64,000 nt of DNA from a virus: IMG/VR virus record IMGVR_UViG_3300042503_000838, positions 1-64,000 of that record; one strand, written 5' to 3'. How positions within the stretch are numbered: position 1 is the stretch's first letter; each line of letters begins with the position of its first letter. The notes under the pieces are model-generated. The model made no database searches. It was not told the DNA's origin and was given only the letters and a program-made list of their open reading frames with translations. A program made the translations under genes and the position numbers. Positions 46,059 to 55,011 of this stretch are shown here, piece after piece.

Positions 46059-46346
46059 TTACTTAACCTTGATCTCAAGGCGTGGTAAGAAAGTTGAGGC
46101 AAAGTTCCATGTGGCCTGGACTCCGGTAACAATACCGCACGAGATGAGGAATACCAACAGCAGCTCTGCCACCGTCAAGTTGCGTCGCACATAAACAACC
46201 TGCGGCCTTTGCTGGGGAATAGCAGCTTGTTGTGCCAGGGTTTGCTGGATCGCCAAGTCACGAGCCCTTGTCTTCATCTCTGCCAATTGCTCGGCAGTAA
46301 CCTGACTGGGAATCGGTTGCTGACTGGGAGTTACCTGCTCTTCCAT
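46059..46346 (-). CDS. Gln-rich protein with C-terminal TM segment
   Basis: 'LTVAELLLVFLISCGIVTGV' hydrophobic stretch. Confidence 0.65.
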   Translation of the reverse strand: MEEQVTPSQQPIPSQVTAEQLAEMKTRARDLAIQQTLAQQAAIPQQRPQVVYVRRNLTVAELLLVFLISCGIVTGVQATWNFASTFLPRLEIKVK

Positions 46347-46397
46347 GATGCAAATGCTTTCCCCACACACTAGCATCTACTTAAAGATTATTGACGT

Positions 46398-46814
46398 ATG
46401 ACCCACGGTATTAGAAAAGGCCTTGAAGACATTGCGTGGGAACTGAAAGGGATTCGAAATATCCTTGCGTCCCTATGGCACAGTCGCTATTCCACTGGAG
46501 AAACAGACATGTTGAATCCAGAGGCATACGCTGATGAATACATTTCTACAGAGGAGTGTGCAAGGCGCCTAAACGTATCTGATCAAACGATTAGGAACTG
46601 GATTACCGTTGGCAAGAAAAATGTGGATAAAGGGTGGGAAGAGGGCATTCATTATATAAACATCGCTCCTGGCGACATGAAAAAACCGGTAATCCGGATT
46701 CCTTGGAACCATCTGATCCAGGCGTTTGCAAAGAATAAAAAAATCGACATTTTGGATCTACGCAAAGACGCACGCTTGTACCAGATCCCTGAACGCTTTA
46801 AGGAGTTTCAGTGA
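46398..46814 (+). CDS. Excisionase/MerR-like HTH DNA-binding protein
   Basis: 'YISTEECARRLNVSDQTIRNWI...GIHY'. Confidence 0.75.
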   Translation: MTHGIRKGLEDIAWELKGIRNILASLWHSRYSTGETDMLNPEAYADEYISTEECARRLNVSDQTIRNWITVGKKNVDKGWEEGIHYINIAPGDMKKPVIRIPWNHLIQAFAKNKKIDILDLRKDARLYQIPERFKEFQ

Positions 46815-47272
46815 TGGCCCACCGCTTTGCCAATGTTGACATCAAGAAAGTTACGGTTGCAAACCATGTAGAGGTTTTGCCCGAATCTTTGGTTAATCAG
46901 GTTGCAATCTTCTTGCCTCCCGAGGGCTCATTCGATGACAAGTGTCTAAGAAGGTACCTGGAGATCTTAAAAAACTATGAAGAAGAAGATGAGAATTCAA
47001 ACATGACCCTTGCCAATCGCTTGCGCATGGCATTTAGGGACATGGCTCCAGATACAATTTGCGGTAAATTTCCACTGGCTGAACTGCCTTTGAAACGCAG
47101 GCTTCGTTGTGTGGCTGAATACCTTATCCGTTCAGGAGAATTTGACAAATTACGTGACGAACGGGGTAAGCTGGTAAAAAAACGTGGCATCCTTGGAAAG
47201 CTTGTCGTAATTTACAAGCCTTTGCCCAAGCTTATTGATGCACTTTCTCGCCAAGGATTGATTAAACCATGA
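46811..47272 (+). CDS. Hypothetical protein
   Basis: Coupled operon member. Confidence 0.7.
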   Translation: MMAHRFANVDIKKVTVANHVEVLPESLVNQVAIFLPPEGSFDDKCLRRYLEILKNYEEEDENSNMTLANRLRMAFRDMAPDTICGKFPLAELPLKRRLRCVAEYLIRSGEFDKLRDERGKLVKKRGILGKLVVIYKPLPKLIDALSRQGLIKP

Positions 47273-47655
47273 ATCGCCGTGAAAAATTAATTGCTTCAGT
47301 CATTGGCCTGGAAGCTGACAATACAAAGGCCAAGATGCTTGATGCCACCATCAAGTTAATTCTTGGTGACTTAGGACAACAGTATTGCAAATTTTGGGAT
47401 ACCGAGGGTCCTGGCGTAATGGTGTTCCAGCCCCAGGACAAATCCCGTTCTATGTTCTTTTTGACCCTCAAGGAAATTCACTCTGCCCAAGAGGAGTGCG
47501 AACGTGAACATGATGGCGACATGGCCGAAAGCTTTAGACGCATTCTCGCAGCTGCACAAAAAATTAACCCATTAGAAAAAGCTGGTTACATCATTAACGA
47601 CAAGGACGGCATGCGTTACTTTGAAGTTGATTACCAGAAAACTGCAGAGAGCTGA
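47269..47655 (+). CDS. Hypothetical protein
   Basis: Coupled operon member. Confidence 0.7.
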   Translation: MNRREKLIASVIGLEADNTKAKMLDATIKLILGDLGQQYCKFWDTEGPGVMVFQPQDKSRSMFFLTLKEIHSAQEECEREHDGDMAESFRRILAAAQKINPLEKAGYIINDKDGMRYFEVDYQKTAES

Positions 47656-48242
47656 TGGGGAAAACATTCCGCCCTGGCTACACAGAAAACAATGAGCTGA
47701 TCACAAGCCCAGACCTGGTGGCATCAGCACATGCCCTGATGGGTGGCATTGATCTTGATGTAGCAAGCTCCAAGATCGCAAATGAGCATGTACAGGCGAC
47801 ACAATTTTTCACCCCTAGCGACGACGGACTAAATGCCCAGCAATGGCATGGGAATGCATATCTATTCCCTCCCAACGGCACGTATTACTGGGACAAACCA
47901 AATGAACGCTGGAAGTTTACGCGAGGGTCTTCTCCTACTCTTAGGTCTTCACATGCTGTTTGGTTCAAACGCATGTACAACGCCTGGCTCAGTAAAGAAA
48001 TCAAGCAGGGCCTGTATTTTACCAACTGCCCTGACATGATTCGTTACGACCCACGAATCTTTAGTTTTCCTATATGTATCTTGCGGACTGCTCCAAAGCT
48101 GCTAAAGGTCGTTGGTGACGAAGTTAAACAACAATCCACGTGCACTTCACTTGTTGTGTACTTGCCTCCAGTGGACAGCTCTGGTGCTGCCGTAGAAAAG
48201 TTTATTGACTTATACGCCGAAAAAGGTCATATCCTTTCCTAG
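47655..48242 (+). CDS. Phage N6-adenine DNA methyltransferase-like protein with atypical catalytic motif
   Basis: 'T..DL...A...GGIDLDVASS..AN..V.A..F.T..DDGL..QQWHG' fits the phage Dam-like family, but FPPN stands where NPPY is expected. Confidence 0.7.
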   Translation: MGKTFRPGYTENNELITSPDLVASAHALMGGIDLDVASSKIANEHVQATQFFTPSDDGLNAQQWHGNAYLFPPNGTYYWDKPNERWKFTRGSSPTLRSSHAVWFKRMYNAWLSKEIKQGLYFTNCPDMIRYDPRIFSFPICILRTAPKLLKVVGDEVKQQSTCTSLVVYLPPVDSSGAAVEKFIDLYAEKGHILS

Positions 48243-48275
48243 GTTCCGTATACTGAAGAACGATTGCTGACCATC

Positions 48276-48863
48276 ATGAGCGTCCTTGCTGACTGGGAAA
48301 TCAAACAACTTGCTGAAGAGCATGAAATGATTTCACCTTTTGTTGATCGCCTAATCAGCAAGGAAGATGGCCGTAAGCTTTTGAGCTATGGCCTCAGCTC
48401 TTACGGTTACGACATCCGGCTTTCACCTAAGCAATGCTTAATTTTCGGTAAGATCCAAGCCGGTGACTGTGATCCCAAGGATTTTGATGAAAGCATCTTG
48501 AAGCCCGCCGAGCTACTAGAAGATGAGAAGGGAGAGTATTTCCTTCTCCCTCCTTACGGCTATTGCTTGGGCGTGGCAATGGAGCACATTAAGCTGCCTC
48601 GCGACGTGACCGTAGTAGCCGTTGGCAAATCTACGTATGCACGATCGGGTATCTTGGTAAATATTACGCCTGCAGAAGCTGCTTGGCAGGGTCACCTGAC
48701 ACTTGAGATCAGCAACTGCACCGGTTTGTTCAACCGCATCTACGCCAACGAAGGCATTACGCAGCTTTTGTTTTATCGTGGCGAGCCCTGCGAGACAAGT
48801 TATCAAGATCGCAAGGGTAAGTACCAGAACCAGCCCTATGAGGTTGTGTACAGCCAGGTCTAA
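48276..48863 (+). CDS. dcd: dCTP deaminase
   Basis: 'SYGLSSYGYDIRL', 'GKSTYARSGI.VN.TP.E..W.G.LTLEISN', 'YQDRKGKYQNQ'. Confidence 0.95.
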   Translation: MSVLADWEIKQLAEEHEMISPFVDRLISKEDGRKLLSYGLSSYGYDIRLSPKQCLIFGKIQAGDCDPKDFDESILKPAELLEDEKGEYFLLPPYGYCLGVAMEHIKLPRDVTVVAVGKSTYARSGILVNITPAEAAWQGHLTLEISNCTGLFNRIYANEGITQLLFYRGEPCETSYQDRKGKYQNQPYEVVYSQV

Positions 48864-49234
48864 ACAAACGGTTTGCCGAACTGTGGCTTAGGCTTACGGG
48901 CGTATCCGGTACTTCCGGAGCGCCCACCCGAATCTCCTAGGCTCGGCAGCACTGTCCCGTTGATAGACGCTTCCGACCGTGGCGTTTTACCTCGGATGCT
49001 CGGCTCATCAATACCAGCACTTTGCCGAAACTTGCCTGCGCTTTTGGCAGCACGCATGTACTTGGCAACACGATTTTGATTGTCGTTTAAGGATTCTGCT
49101 GAACCCCTTTCACTTTCGTCTACACGCCTGAGGTCAGTGTCATAAGCTTGCTCAGGACGCAAGTCTGATACCTCAGCCCCAGAAGTTCCTGATAGCTGGC
49201 GAGGGTCGTAATTAGAGTTAAATAAATCTGCCAT
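48860..49234 (-). CDS. Hypothetical protein
   Basis: MADLFNSNYDPRQ...; probable start 49234. Confidence 0.65.
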   Translation of the reverse strand: MADLFNSNYDPRQLSGTSGAEVSDLRPEQAYDTDLRRVDESERGSAESLNDNQNRVAKYMRAAKSAGKFRQSAGIDEPSIRGKTPRSEASINGTVLPSLGDSGGRSGSTGYARKPKPQFGKPFV

Positions 49235-49275
49235 AGTATGATTGTAGTAGGAATAAATCAAGCCCAGATACTACC

Positions 49276-49617
49276 ATGCATGGAGCCGCTGGTTTTTTAG
49301 ATAGCTTTGTTCAAGACGAACTGCAGTGTCGTTGTCTTGATGAAGATGATTTTGGCGCACCTCTCGCCAACGAAGAAAATGATGTACCCTTAATGGATAT
49401 GTACAACAGAGGGTTAACCTTATGTCAGGACGGAAGGGAACGGACAAACTTGGCACTCGAGGGGGGACGGCCTGGAGCAACGGGCTATATTCCAACAATG
49501 GAACAGGGTCTGGAGATGGGAGCATCACCGAAACCCAAAGCATTAGTGCTGGATCTGGGGAAGCCGAACGAGGAGCTGATGGAACAGTCTCGTCTTCGCC
49601 GTGGTTTGCGCCGATAA
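49276..49617 (+). CDS. Acidic hypothetical protein
   Basis: ORF track. Confidence 0.6.
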   Translation: MHGAAGFLDSFVQDELQCRCLDEDDFGAPLANEENDVPLMDMYNRGLTLCQDGRERTNLALEGGRPGATGYIPTMEQGLEMGASPKPKALVLDLGKPNEELMEQSRLRRGLRR

Positions 49618-49916
49618 TTAGCGACTTGACTGAGTGTAAGGATGGTGTTTGCCCAGTTCCCTGGGCAACAAAAGAAACTGCTCCTGTGGTCCAGGAGGAT
49701 CTGGTGAATCATCCTTCACACTACACTGATGGTGGAATTGAATGCATCGATGCCATTGAAGCAGCTTTGACTGCCGAAGAATTTCGTGGTTACTGCAAAG
49801 GCAACAATTTAAAGTACACCTGGCGCGAACGCCACAAAGGCGGTACAGAATCACTGAAGAAAGCCCAGTGGTACCTGGACCGCCTTATTCAACTTGACGA
49901 AACTCAGAAAGGCTGA
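49422..49916 (+). CDS. DUF3310 family protein (second copy); true start probably near 49600
   Basis: 'VNHPSHYT.GGIECIDAI...YCKGN.LKY.WRE.HKGG.ESLKKAQWYL'. Confidence 0.85.
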   Translation: MSGRKGTDKLGTRGGTAWSNGLYSNNGTGSGDGSITETQSISAGSGEAERGADGTVSSSPWFAPIISDLTECKDGVCPVPWATKETAPVVQEDLVNHPSHYTDGGIECIDAIEAALTAEEFRGYCKGNNLKYTWRERHKGGTESLKKAQWYLDRLIQLDETQKG

Positions 49917-50218
49917 AGATCGTCTTCTTCCTCGTCCTCGTCGTCGTATATACATGCGGCGGCGAGTTCTGCTAGCTCCAGGTCTGTTGGGATATCAAAA
50001 TCAATCTCAATATTTTCAGACGCCATGATCTCTTTGACCGCATACCACTCCATCAGGCGTTGATGGTAGAGGTTCAACAGGGCTGCGTACAGATCATCCC
50101 ATGTCATTTCTTGAGCAGCAAGCTCAGCTTTGCGCATGGAGAACTGAAGCTCTAAGGGAAGTTCAAATTCCCGTGGTTCAACTGAACGCTCCATTCGGCT
50201 GTTCATGCTTTCTTTCAT
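49904..50218 (-). CDS. nblA: NblA-like protein with acidic C-terminal extension
   Basis: 'LPLELQFSMRKAELAAQEMTWDDLYAALLNLYHQRLM' aligns by eye with NblA 'LSLEQQFSIRSFATQVQNMSHDQAKDFLVKLYEQMV' (recalled). Confidence 0.75.
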   Translation of the reverse strand: MKESMNSRMERSVEPREFELPLELQFSMRKAELAAQEMTWDDLYAALLNLYHQRLMEWYAVKEIMASENIEIDFDIPTDLELAELAAACIYDDEDEEEDDLQPF

Positions 50219-50229
50219 TTATTCTAAGC

Positions 50230-50889
50230 CTAGCTGCTAAAGACAGAATCGTAGTCCTTTGCAGGATTGTCTAACCATTGGTTGCTGCCACTGCAAAACT
50301 CATTAGCAAATTCAGAAAGGATATAAGGACTGATCCGTTCTTCCAGCTTCCGAATCGCGTTGATTTCATGCTGAGAAGCTGAATAATTCCTAAAAGCGCC
50401 AAGGAGGATTTCACTAGAGGGCCAAGGGTGTTCATCCAGGTCTTCCAGGAACAAATTGATTTCTTCCCTGCGTCGGTCCAGGAGGTTGCCAACGACGTGA
50501 TGGTCGGCATCAAAAATCCATTGGCCCATCTCTTCTGTTGCCGCACAGAAGTCTTCGTTTTCAACGCAGTCAATTACGTGACTGTAAAGGAAAGGCTCCC
50601 AGCCAATCGAATGAATGAACGAAATCAATGCCTGACGCATCACGCTGTCAAGGCCAAGGTTTAATTTATCTAACTGCGTTTCAATAATACTGACTTCATT
50701 GAATAGATATTCCAGTGCTTTTTCCATGGTACAGAACTGCCCACGTCTAACGGCAGATCCATCTGGGTAGAATTGAGTTCCGTATCCAATTGTGTAAGGT
50801 TCTGCGCCCGTAATCGGATCTGGGTAGGCTTTTTCGTTAAAGCCCTCGTACTTGCGGATTAAGTTAATCGCACGAGAAAGATCTGACAT
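50230..50889 (-). CDS. Lysozyme (GH24-like)
   Basis: 'EG...AYPD....PYTIGYGT', 'ALISF..SIG', 'LL.RRREE..LF'. Confidence 0.88.
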   Translation of the reverse strand: MSDLSRAINLIRKYEGFNEKAYPDPITGAEPYTIGYGTQFYPDGSAVRRGQFCTMEKALEYLFNEVSIIETQLDKLNLGLDSVMRQALISFIHSIGWEPFLYSHVIDCVENEDFCAATEEMGQWIFDADHHVVGNLLDRRREEINLFLEDLDEHPWPSSEILLGAFRNYSASQHEINAIRKLEERISPYILSEFANEFCSGSNQWLDNPAKDYDSVFSS

Positions 50890-50924
50890 GGGAGCAACTA
50901 TTGTTACTCCCAATCATACACAAT

Positions 50925-51050
50925 TTACTTACCTTGCCCGCGCATCTTTTTGCGTCCATGGCTAGGCAGTGAGTTCTGCCCCTGACCTTGGCGAGTTTTC
51001 TTGGGTTTGGACTCAGGCTTGAGAGCTAGGCTGGACTTGGGTTTTGCCAC
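50925..51050 (-). CDS. 41-aa basic peptide ending RGQGK (second copy)
   Basis: GTG start; MAKPKSSLALKPESKPKKTRQGQGQNSLPSHGRKKMRGQGK. Confidence 0.7.
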   Translation of the reverse strand: MAKPKSSLALKPESKPKKTRQGQGQNSLPSHGRKKMRGQGK

Positions 51051-51086
51051 TTGGATTTGAGTGAGGCATTGAAAGCTTAGCGCGTA

Positions 51087-51359
51087 TCACCAGGCTTTGC
51101 ACGACCAGTAACCAGCTGTCAACTTGCTCTTGGGCTCGTCACAGTTGTGTCTTGCGCGAAAATTTTTACGTCGCTCTGGATTGTCTCGTTTAATTTCCAT
51201 ATTGGCATCGCCAAAACGTACAATTTTTTCTTGCCCATTTTCGCACGCCTTTACAACAGATTTTTTACCGCCTTGAATATCGCGACGAGGCTTATTGCAG
51301 GCCATTGAATCTTTATGTAACTTAGAGGCGGAGGCTGCCTTTTTACGCTTGTCTGACAT
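51087..51359 (-). CDS. Basic conserved phage protein
   Basis: 'KIVRFGDANM.IK...PERRKNFRARHNCD...AGYWSC'. Confidence 0.8.
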   Translation of the reverse strand: MSDKRKKAASASKLHKDSMACNKPRRDIQGGKKSVVKACENGQEKIVRFGDANMEIKRDNPERRKNFRARHNCDEPKSKLTAGYWSCKAW

Positions 51360-54025
51360 TAGAGACCCTTAAACATGGATGTGAACTCACCGAGAATCTG
51401 ACTACCTGTTTTGGACTTGTAGTCTTCATCTTCGTCGTCATCTAATCCCAGTTTAAAATAACTATCCATATCGGTATCTCGCGTTGTCTTGGTTCCTTCT
51501 TCAGATGAGGAATCTTCACCAAAGAAGCTTTCAATAGTTCCAAGGGAGGCGAAGGGATCGCTCATGTCTAATCCTTGTATCTTGAGTGCTGAATCAGAGC
51601 CTGCTTTTGTTAGTAACGTTTGCTCAGAGCGGTCTAGATCAGGGAAAAACTTTTCGTAAAATTCATCCTCTGTGCCCTGGTAACCAGCAGACTGAAATGT
51701 TTTATACAGCTCGGTAGATGGTTTTGCCTGCTGATCTTTATAGTCTTCAGGGCGCTCAATGTAAGTCAAGCCAAGTATTTCTTGTGTCGGTTTCTTGCGC
51801 TTTTCATTTAAGTACTTTAGTTCTTCCCTAATTTTTTGTGCGGATCCAGTGCGCAGTGTCTCCGTTACGTACTCTTTAAGCTCATCAATTGTGCCCTTGA
51901 AGTCGGTAATACCGTATCGTTGAAGAACCTCATCCCAAGACTCTTTGTCTGCTGGATCCAGGCCCTTCAGTAATTCGTCGGTAAACTCTTCTGGGGTCAC
52001 AAACTGACCAAAAACAGTGCCTTGTTTCAAAGCTTCTTCTTTAAGAGCCGGAAGAATTTTTGAGTAGATCTCATCTTGTACCTTGCCAGCGTTGAGAATG
52101 TCTTCTGCCCCGTCGTAACCACGTCCCTGGCCCTTGACTTGGAAATGCATACGTGCAAAGGCGTCCTTGTTGTTAAGGTCCACGCCAAAACGATATGCCT
52201 GCTGCGCCCAGTACGCATCGCCCTTCTTGGCAGACTCCCAGTCAGAGGCTACGGTTGCCGCTTGTTCTGTGTAGTTGGAAGTCCTTGCCTTGTCTCCCGT
52301 TGGATTGAAGTAAAAGTCTGAGTTGAAGTAACGATCAGAAGATGCCTTTAACTGGTCCAAGTACATCTGCGCTCTTAAGTTTGCAACTTGATTTGTTGCG
52401 TTTAAGATGTCCTGCGTCTGGAATGGGTTTTGCTCTTCTTGACGCACGTCCAAGTATTCAACAAACTCGTCCATTGAACGCGAGGTGTTGAACCGCGGCG
52501 TCAAGTATTTATCAATAAAATTACGAGCAAAATCTGCTTGTATCTTTACGTTTTCCTTGGCTTCTCCTGCTGTGTAACCAAGCTCCACATCTTGTTCATA
52601 TTTTTTCTTAAGTGTTTCGTCGAACCATTGTTGCCAGTTGTACGTAACGTTGTTCTTTACGCCTGTGATATTTTGCAGGCTTTTCTCCAGGGACTCCTCG
52701 GCTTTGCCTCCTGACATAAAAGAAAGCATGCCACCAACCCCAGAGTCGCCCATGATGCTGTTAGTAAGCTCCTTGTTGATGTCCATGACCTCACTAAAGC
52801 CACCAAATCCTCCCAAAAGACTGAGCATTTGCTCTTTGCCTTTTGCTTTCTTCATTTCCTCAATGGTTGTTTTTAATGCGTCTTGCGTCAACGCCCCAAA
52901 CCGCTTGACATCAACTGTTGCTTTTTCGCCAACAGCTTGATTGATTGCGTCCTCTAATTCCGTTACGCCATAACCAGCATTTACGTTGTATTGCAAACTT
53001 ACTTGCTTGTCTTCTGGACGCTCAGACAACCTAAATAACGCTGTAAATTCATCGGGCTTATCTGGGTTTAGATATTTTTCTTTTGCCTGTTGCGCCCAAT
53101 ATGGATCTCCGTTTTTAGCCTTCTCCCACTCAGTTGCAATTGCTGGAATATTAAGCAGGCGTTGAGTTTGTGAAGTTGTGTCCACGCCCAATTGAAGATT
53201 TCTTACCTGCTGTAAATCCGCATCCGTAGGTTTCTTTTCTGTATACGCAAGAGCAGCAGATGTTTGCTCTGGAGCATTACCCCTTAATCCCGATGCTTTG
53301 CCTTGAGAAGTGTAGTGCTGCAGGTAATAACCATTCTCGCCATATCGTTGCGTGATATCAATATCGTCATTTGCTACTGCAGCTTGCCAGGCAGCTGCAA
53401 CTGCTGGGTTTTGTTGCTTGTAGTACTTAGGGTCAAATTCACCATATTGGGGCTTGGCTCCAAGTGCTGGATTCCATTGTTGTAGTTTTTCTATTTGATA
53501 AAAAGCTTTGTAGTAATTCTCCAGGTTATTTTTTGTTGTTGCATCTAAATCTAACTTGCGAATTTGATCACGCATTTGAACGTAGTCACCGCCTCTTGTT
53601 GTGCTAGCCAAGGAGACAACAGAGTTGTACGCATTATTTTTTTTCTGAGCGGCTGCGTTAAATTCAGCACCTTGTTGATTTAAAGATTGGTTGTATTGGT
53701 TGGTTTGACGAGCTCCCTCCTGCGCTTGTTTTAATGCATTCTCCGCCTCCCAAGGCTGCGGATTAGGTATGCCTGCTGCATTAAGAGCATTGATTACATC
53801 CCAATATCCGCCATCTACATTAACTGTTGCCGTTTTTTTTACCTGGACAGGCACCATGGCGTAGTAAGTCTGTCCTTTGATTGTGTATGGTGTTTGACTT
53901 CTCTCATATGTCCAAACATCTCTTGTAATGGAAACAGTATTTGTCATGGGCCGATTAGTTTGATAATCGGCTTTTTCAGGTACTAAATCCCACTTTTTTC
54001 TGGAGGGGTCATACGAGAGTCCCAT
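51359..54025 (-). CDS. Large probable virion/ejection protein with internal repeat
   Basis: 888 aa; W.xAK.GD.YWAQQA occurs twice; contains an 'FDPKYY..QNP...HY...G' motif. Confidence 0.6.
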   Translation of the reverse strand: MGLSYDPSRKKWDLVPEKADYQTNRPMTNTVSITRDVWTYERSQTPYTIKGQTYYAMVPVQVKKTATVNVDGGYWDVINALNAAGIPNPQPWEAENALKQAQEGARQTNQYNQSLNQQGAEFNAAAQKKNNAYNSVVSLASTTRGGDYVQMRDQIRKLDLDATTKNNLENYYKAFYQIEKLQQWNPALGAKPQYGEFDPKYYKQQNPAVAAAWQAAVANDDIDITQRYGENGYYLQHYTSQGKASGLRGNAPEQTSAALAYTEKKPTDADLQQVRNLQLGVDTTSQTQRLLNIPAIATEWEKAKNGDPYWAQQAKEKYLNPDKPDEFTALFRLSERPEDKQVSLQYNVNAGYGVTELEDAINQAVGEKATVDVKRFGALTQDALKTTIEEMKKAKGKEQMLSLLGGFGGFSEVMDINKELTNSIMGDSGVGGMLSFMSGGKAEESLEKSLQNITGVKNNVTYNWQQWFDETLKKKYEQDVELGYTAGEAKENVKIQADFARNFIDKYLTPRFNTSRSMDEFVEYLDVRQEEQNPFQTQDILNATNQVANLRAQMYLDQLKASSDRYFNSDFYFNPTGDKARTSNYTEQAATVASDWESAKKGDAYWAQQAYRFGVDLNNKDAFARMHFQVKGQGRGYDGAEDILNAGKVQDEIYSKILPALKEEALKQGTVFGQFVTPEEFTDELLKGLDPADKESWDEVLQRYGITDFKGTIDELKEYVTETLRTGSAQKIREELKYLNEKRKKPTQEILGLTYIERPEDYKDQQAKPSTELYKTFQSAGYQGTEDEFYEKFFPDLDRSEQTLLTKAGSDSALKIQGLDMSDPFASLGTIESFFGEDSSSEEGTKTTRDTDMDSYFKLGLDDDEDEDYKSKTGSQILGEFTSMFKGL

Positions 54026-54026
54026 G

Positions 54027-54389
54027 TCAAACAGCTGCCGATAACGTGTCTACCTGATAAACAAAAACATCAATAGGTTCTTGTTTCATCCAGGAGTTGA
54101 TTCTATCCATCTTAGCTTGTGTAAAAAATTCTTGTTTTTCAAACCACTCATTCACCTTGGTACTAGCCTTGGAAGTATTGCACCTGCGACATGCAGGCAC
54201 AAGATTATTTCTATTGCTAGACCCAGACTTAAACCTTGGGATTATGTGGTCCAGGGAAGTGGCAACTTCTTCGCAATAAGCACATCTTGAATCCCAGGCA
54301 TCGTATATAGATTGGCGGTAACGTTTTTTTGCTAGCTTCGGAGTTAATTCAATGAGCAGGGCGAGGGGTTCCTGTTCGCAATTGAACAT
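54027..54389 (-). CDS. HNH endonuclease
   Basis: 'CAYC....SLDHIIPR..SG.....NLVPACRRCN..K'. Confidence 0.92.
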   Translation of the reverse strand: MFNCEQEPLALLIELTPKLAKKRYRQSIYDAWDSRCAYCEEVATSLDHIIPRFKSGSSNRNNLVPACRRCNTSKASTKVNEWFEKQEFFTQAKMDRINSWMKQEPIDVFVYQVDTLSAAV

Positions 54390-54471
54390 GCTCTTGTGTA
54401 CTGTTAACCTATTTTAATTTCACCTCACTTTTCGAAGAGAAAATAAAGAGATAAAAACTTTATTAAACCTG

Positions 54472-54499
54472 TTGACGCCCTCTTGACGGCTGATAAGCT
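54472..54499 (+). promoter_or_regulatory. Candidate sigma70 promoter
   Basis: TTGACG - 16 nt - TAAGCT with an extended TG, upstream of 54525. Confidence 0.45.
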
Positions 54500-54524
54500 T
54501 GTGACGTAGACAGCTTCTCAAGCC

Positions 54525-54743
54525 ATGGCTAAGCACCCTGGATGGGTCTCCGCGCAACGTGTGGAAGAACTCCTCGGTATTGACCGCAAGACCCTCTTCC
54601 AGTACCGCGACGACGGCACTCTGAAGCTTGGTACACACTACGCTGCTTTTCCTGAGACACGCTCTAGGGATAGCTATCGCTGGAACGTTACCGCTGTTCG
54701 CAAGCAGTTAACAAAAACAAAAGCCCTTGTCATTGCAAGCTAA
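54525..54743 (+). CDS. Small Xis/MerR-like HTH protein
   Basis: 'WVSAQRVEELLGIDRKTL..YR..G.L..GTHY'. Confidence 0.75.
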   Translation: MAKHPGWVSAQRVEELLGIDRKTLFQYRDDGTLKLGTHYAAFPETRSRDSYRWNVTAVRKQLTKTKALVIAS

Positions 54744-54759
54744 GCAAACCAATGATAAC

Positions 54760-54779
54760 AAGCCCCCGAGGGGGCTTTT
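54760..54779 (+). terminator. Terminator between convergent genes
   Basis: AGCCCC-CGAG-GGGGCT followed by TTT. Confidence 0.7.
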
Positions 54780-55011
54780 ATTGTGGCAACAAATCTTGTG
54801 AGTATGCCTCCCAGGCGAGTCCTACGGCTTCCATTGAAGACAGTTCGGTTATTTGGTAAGGCAAATAAACAACATCACCTGTCTTGTAAACGGTAGGGGA
54901 CCCTTCGTAAGACACTTCACTAAATCCATACTGGCGACGATCTAGCTCAGCTTGCGAAGCTGGTTTAGTTGAGTCAACAACGTCGCCAAAGTTAATGTTT
55001 GTATCAGTCAT
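54778..55011 (-). CDS. Hypothetical protein
   Basis: Coupled to the glycosyltransferase stop. Confidence 0.65.
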   Translation of the reverse strand: MTDTNINFGDVVDSTKPASQAELDRRQYGFSEVSYEGSPTVYKTGDVVYLPYQITELSSMEAVGLAWEAYSQDLLPQ

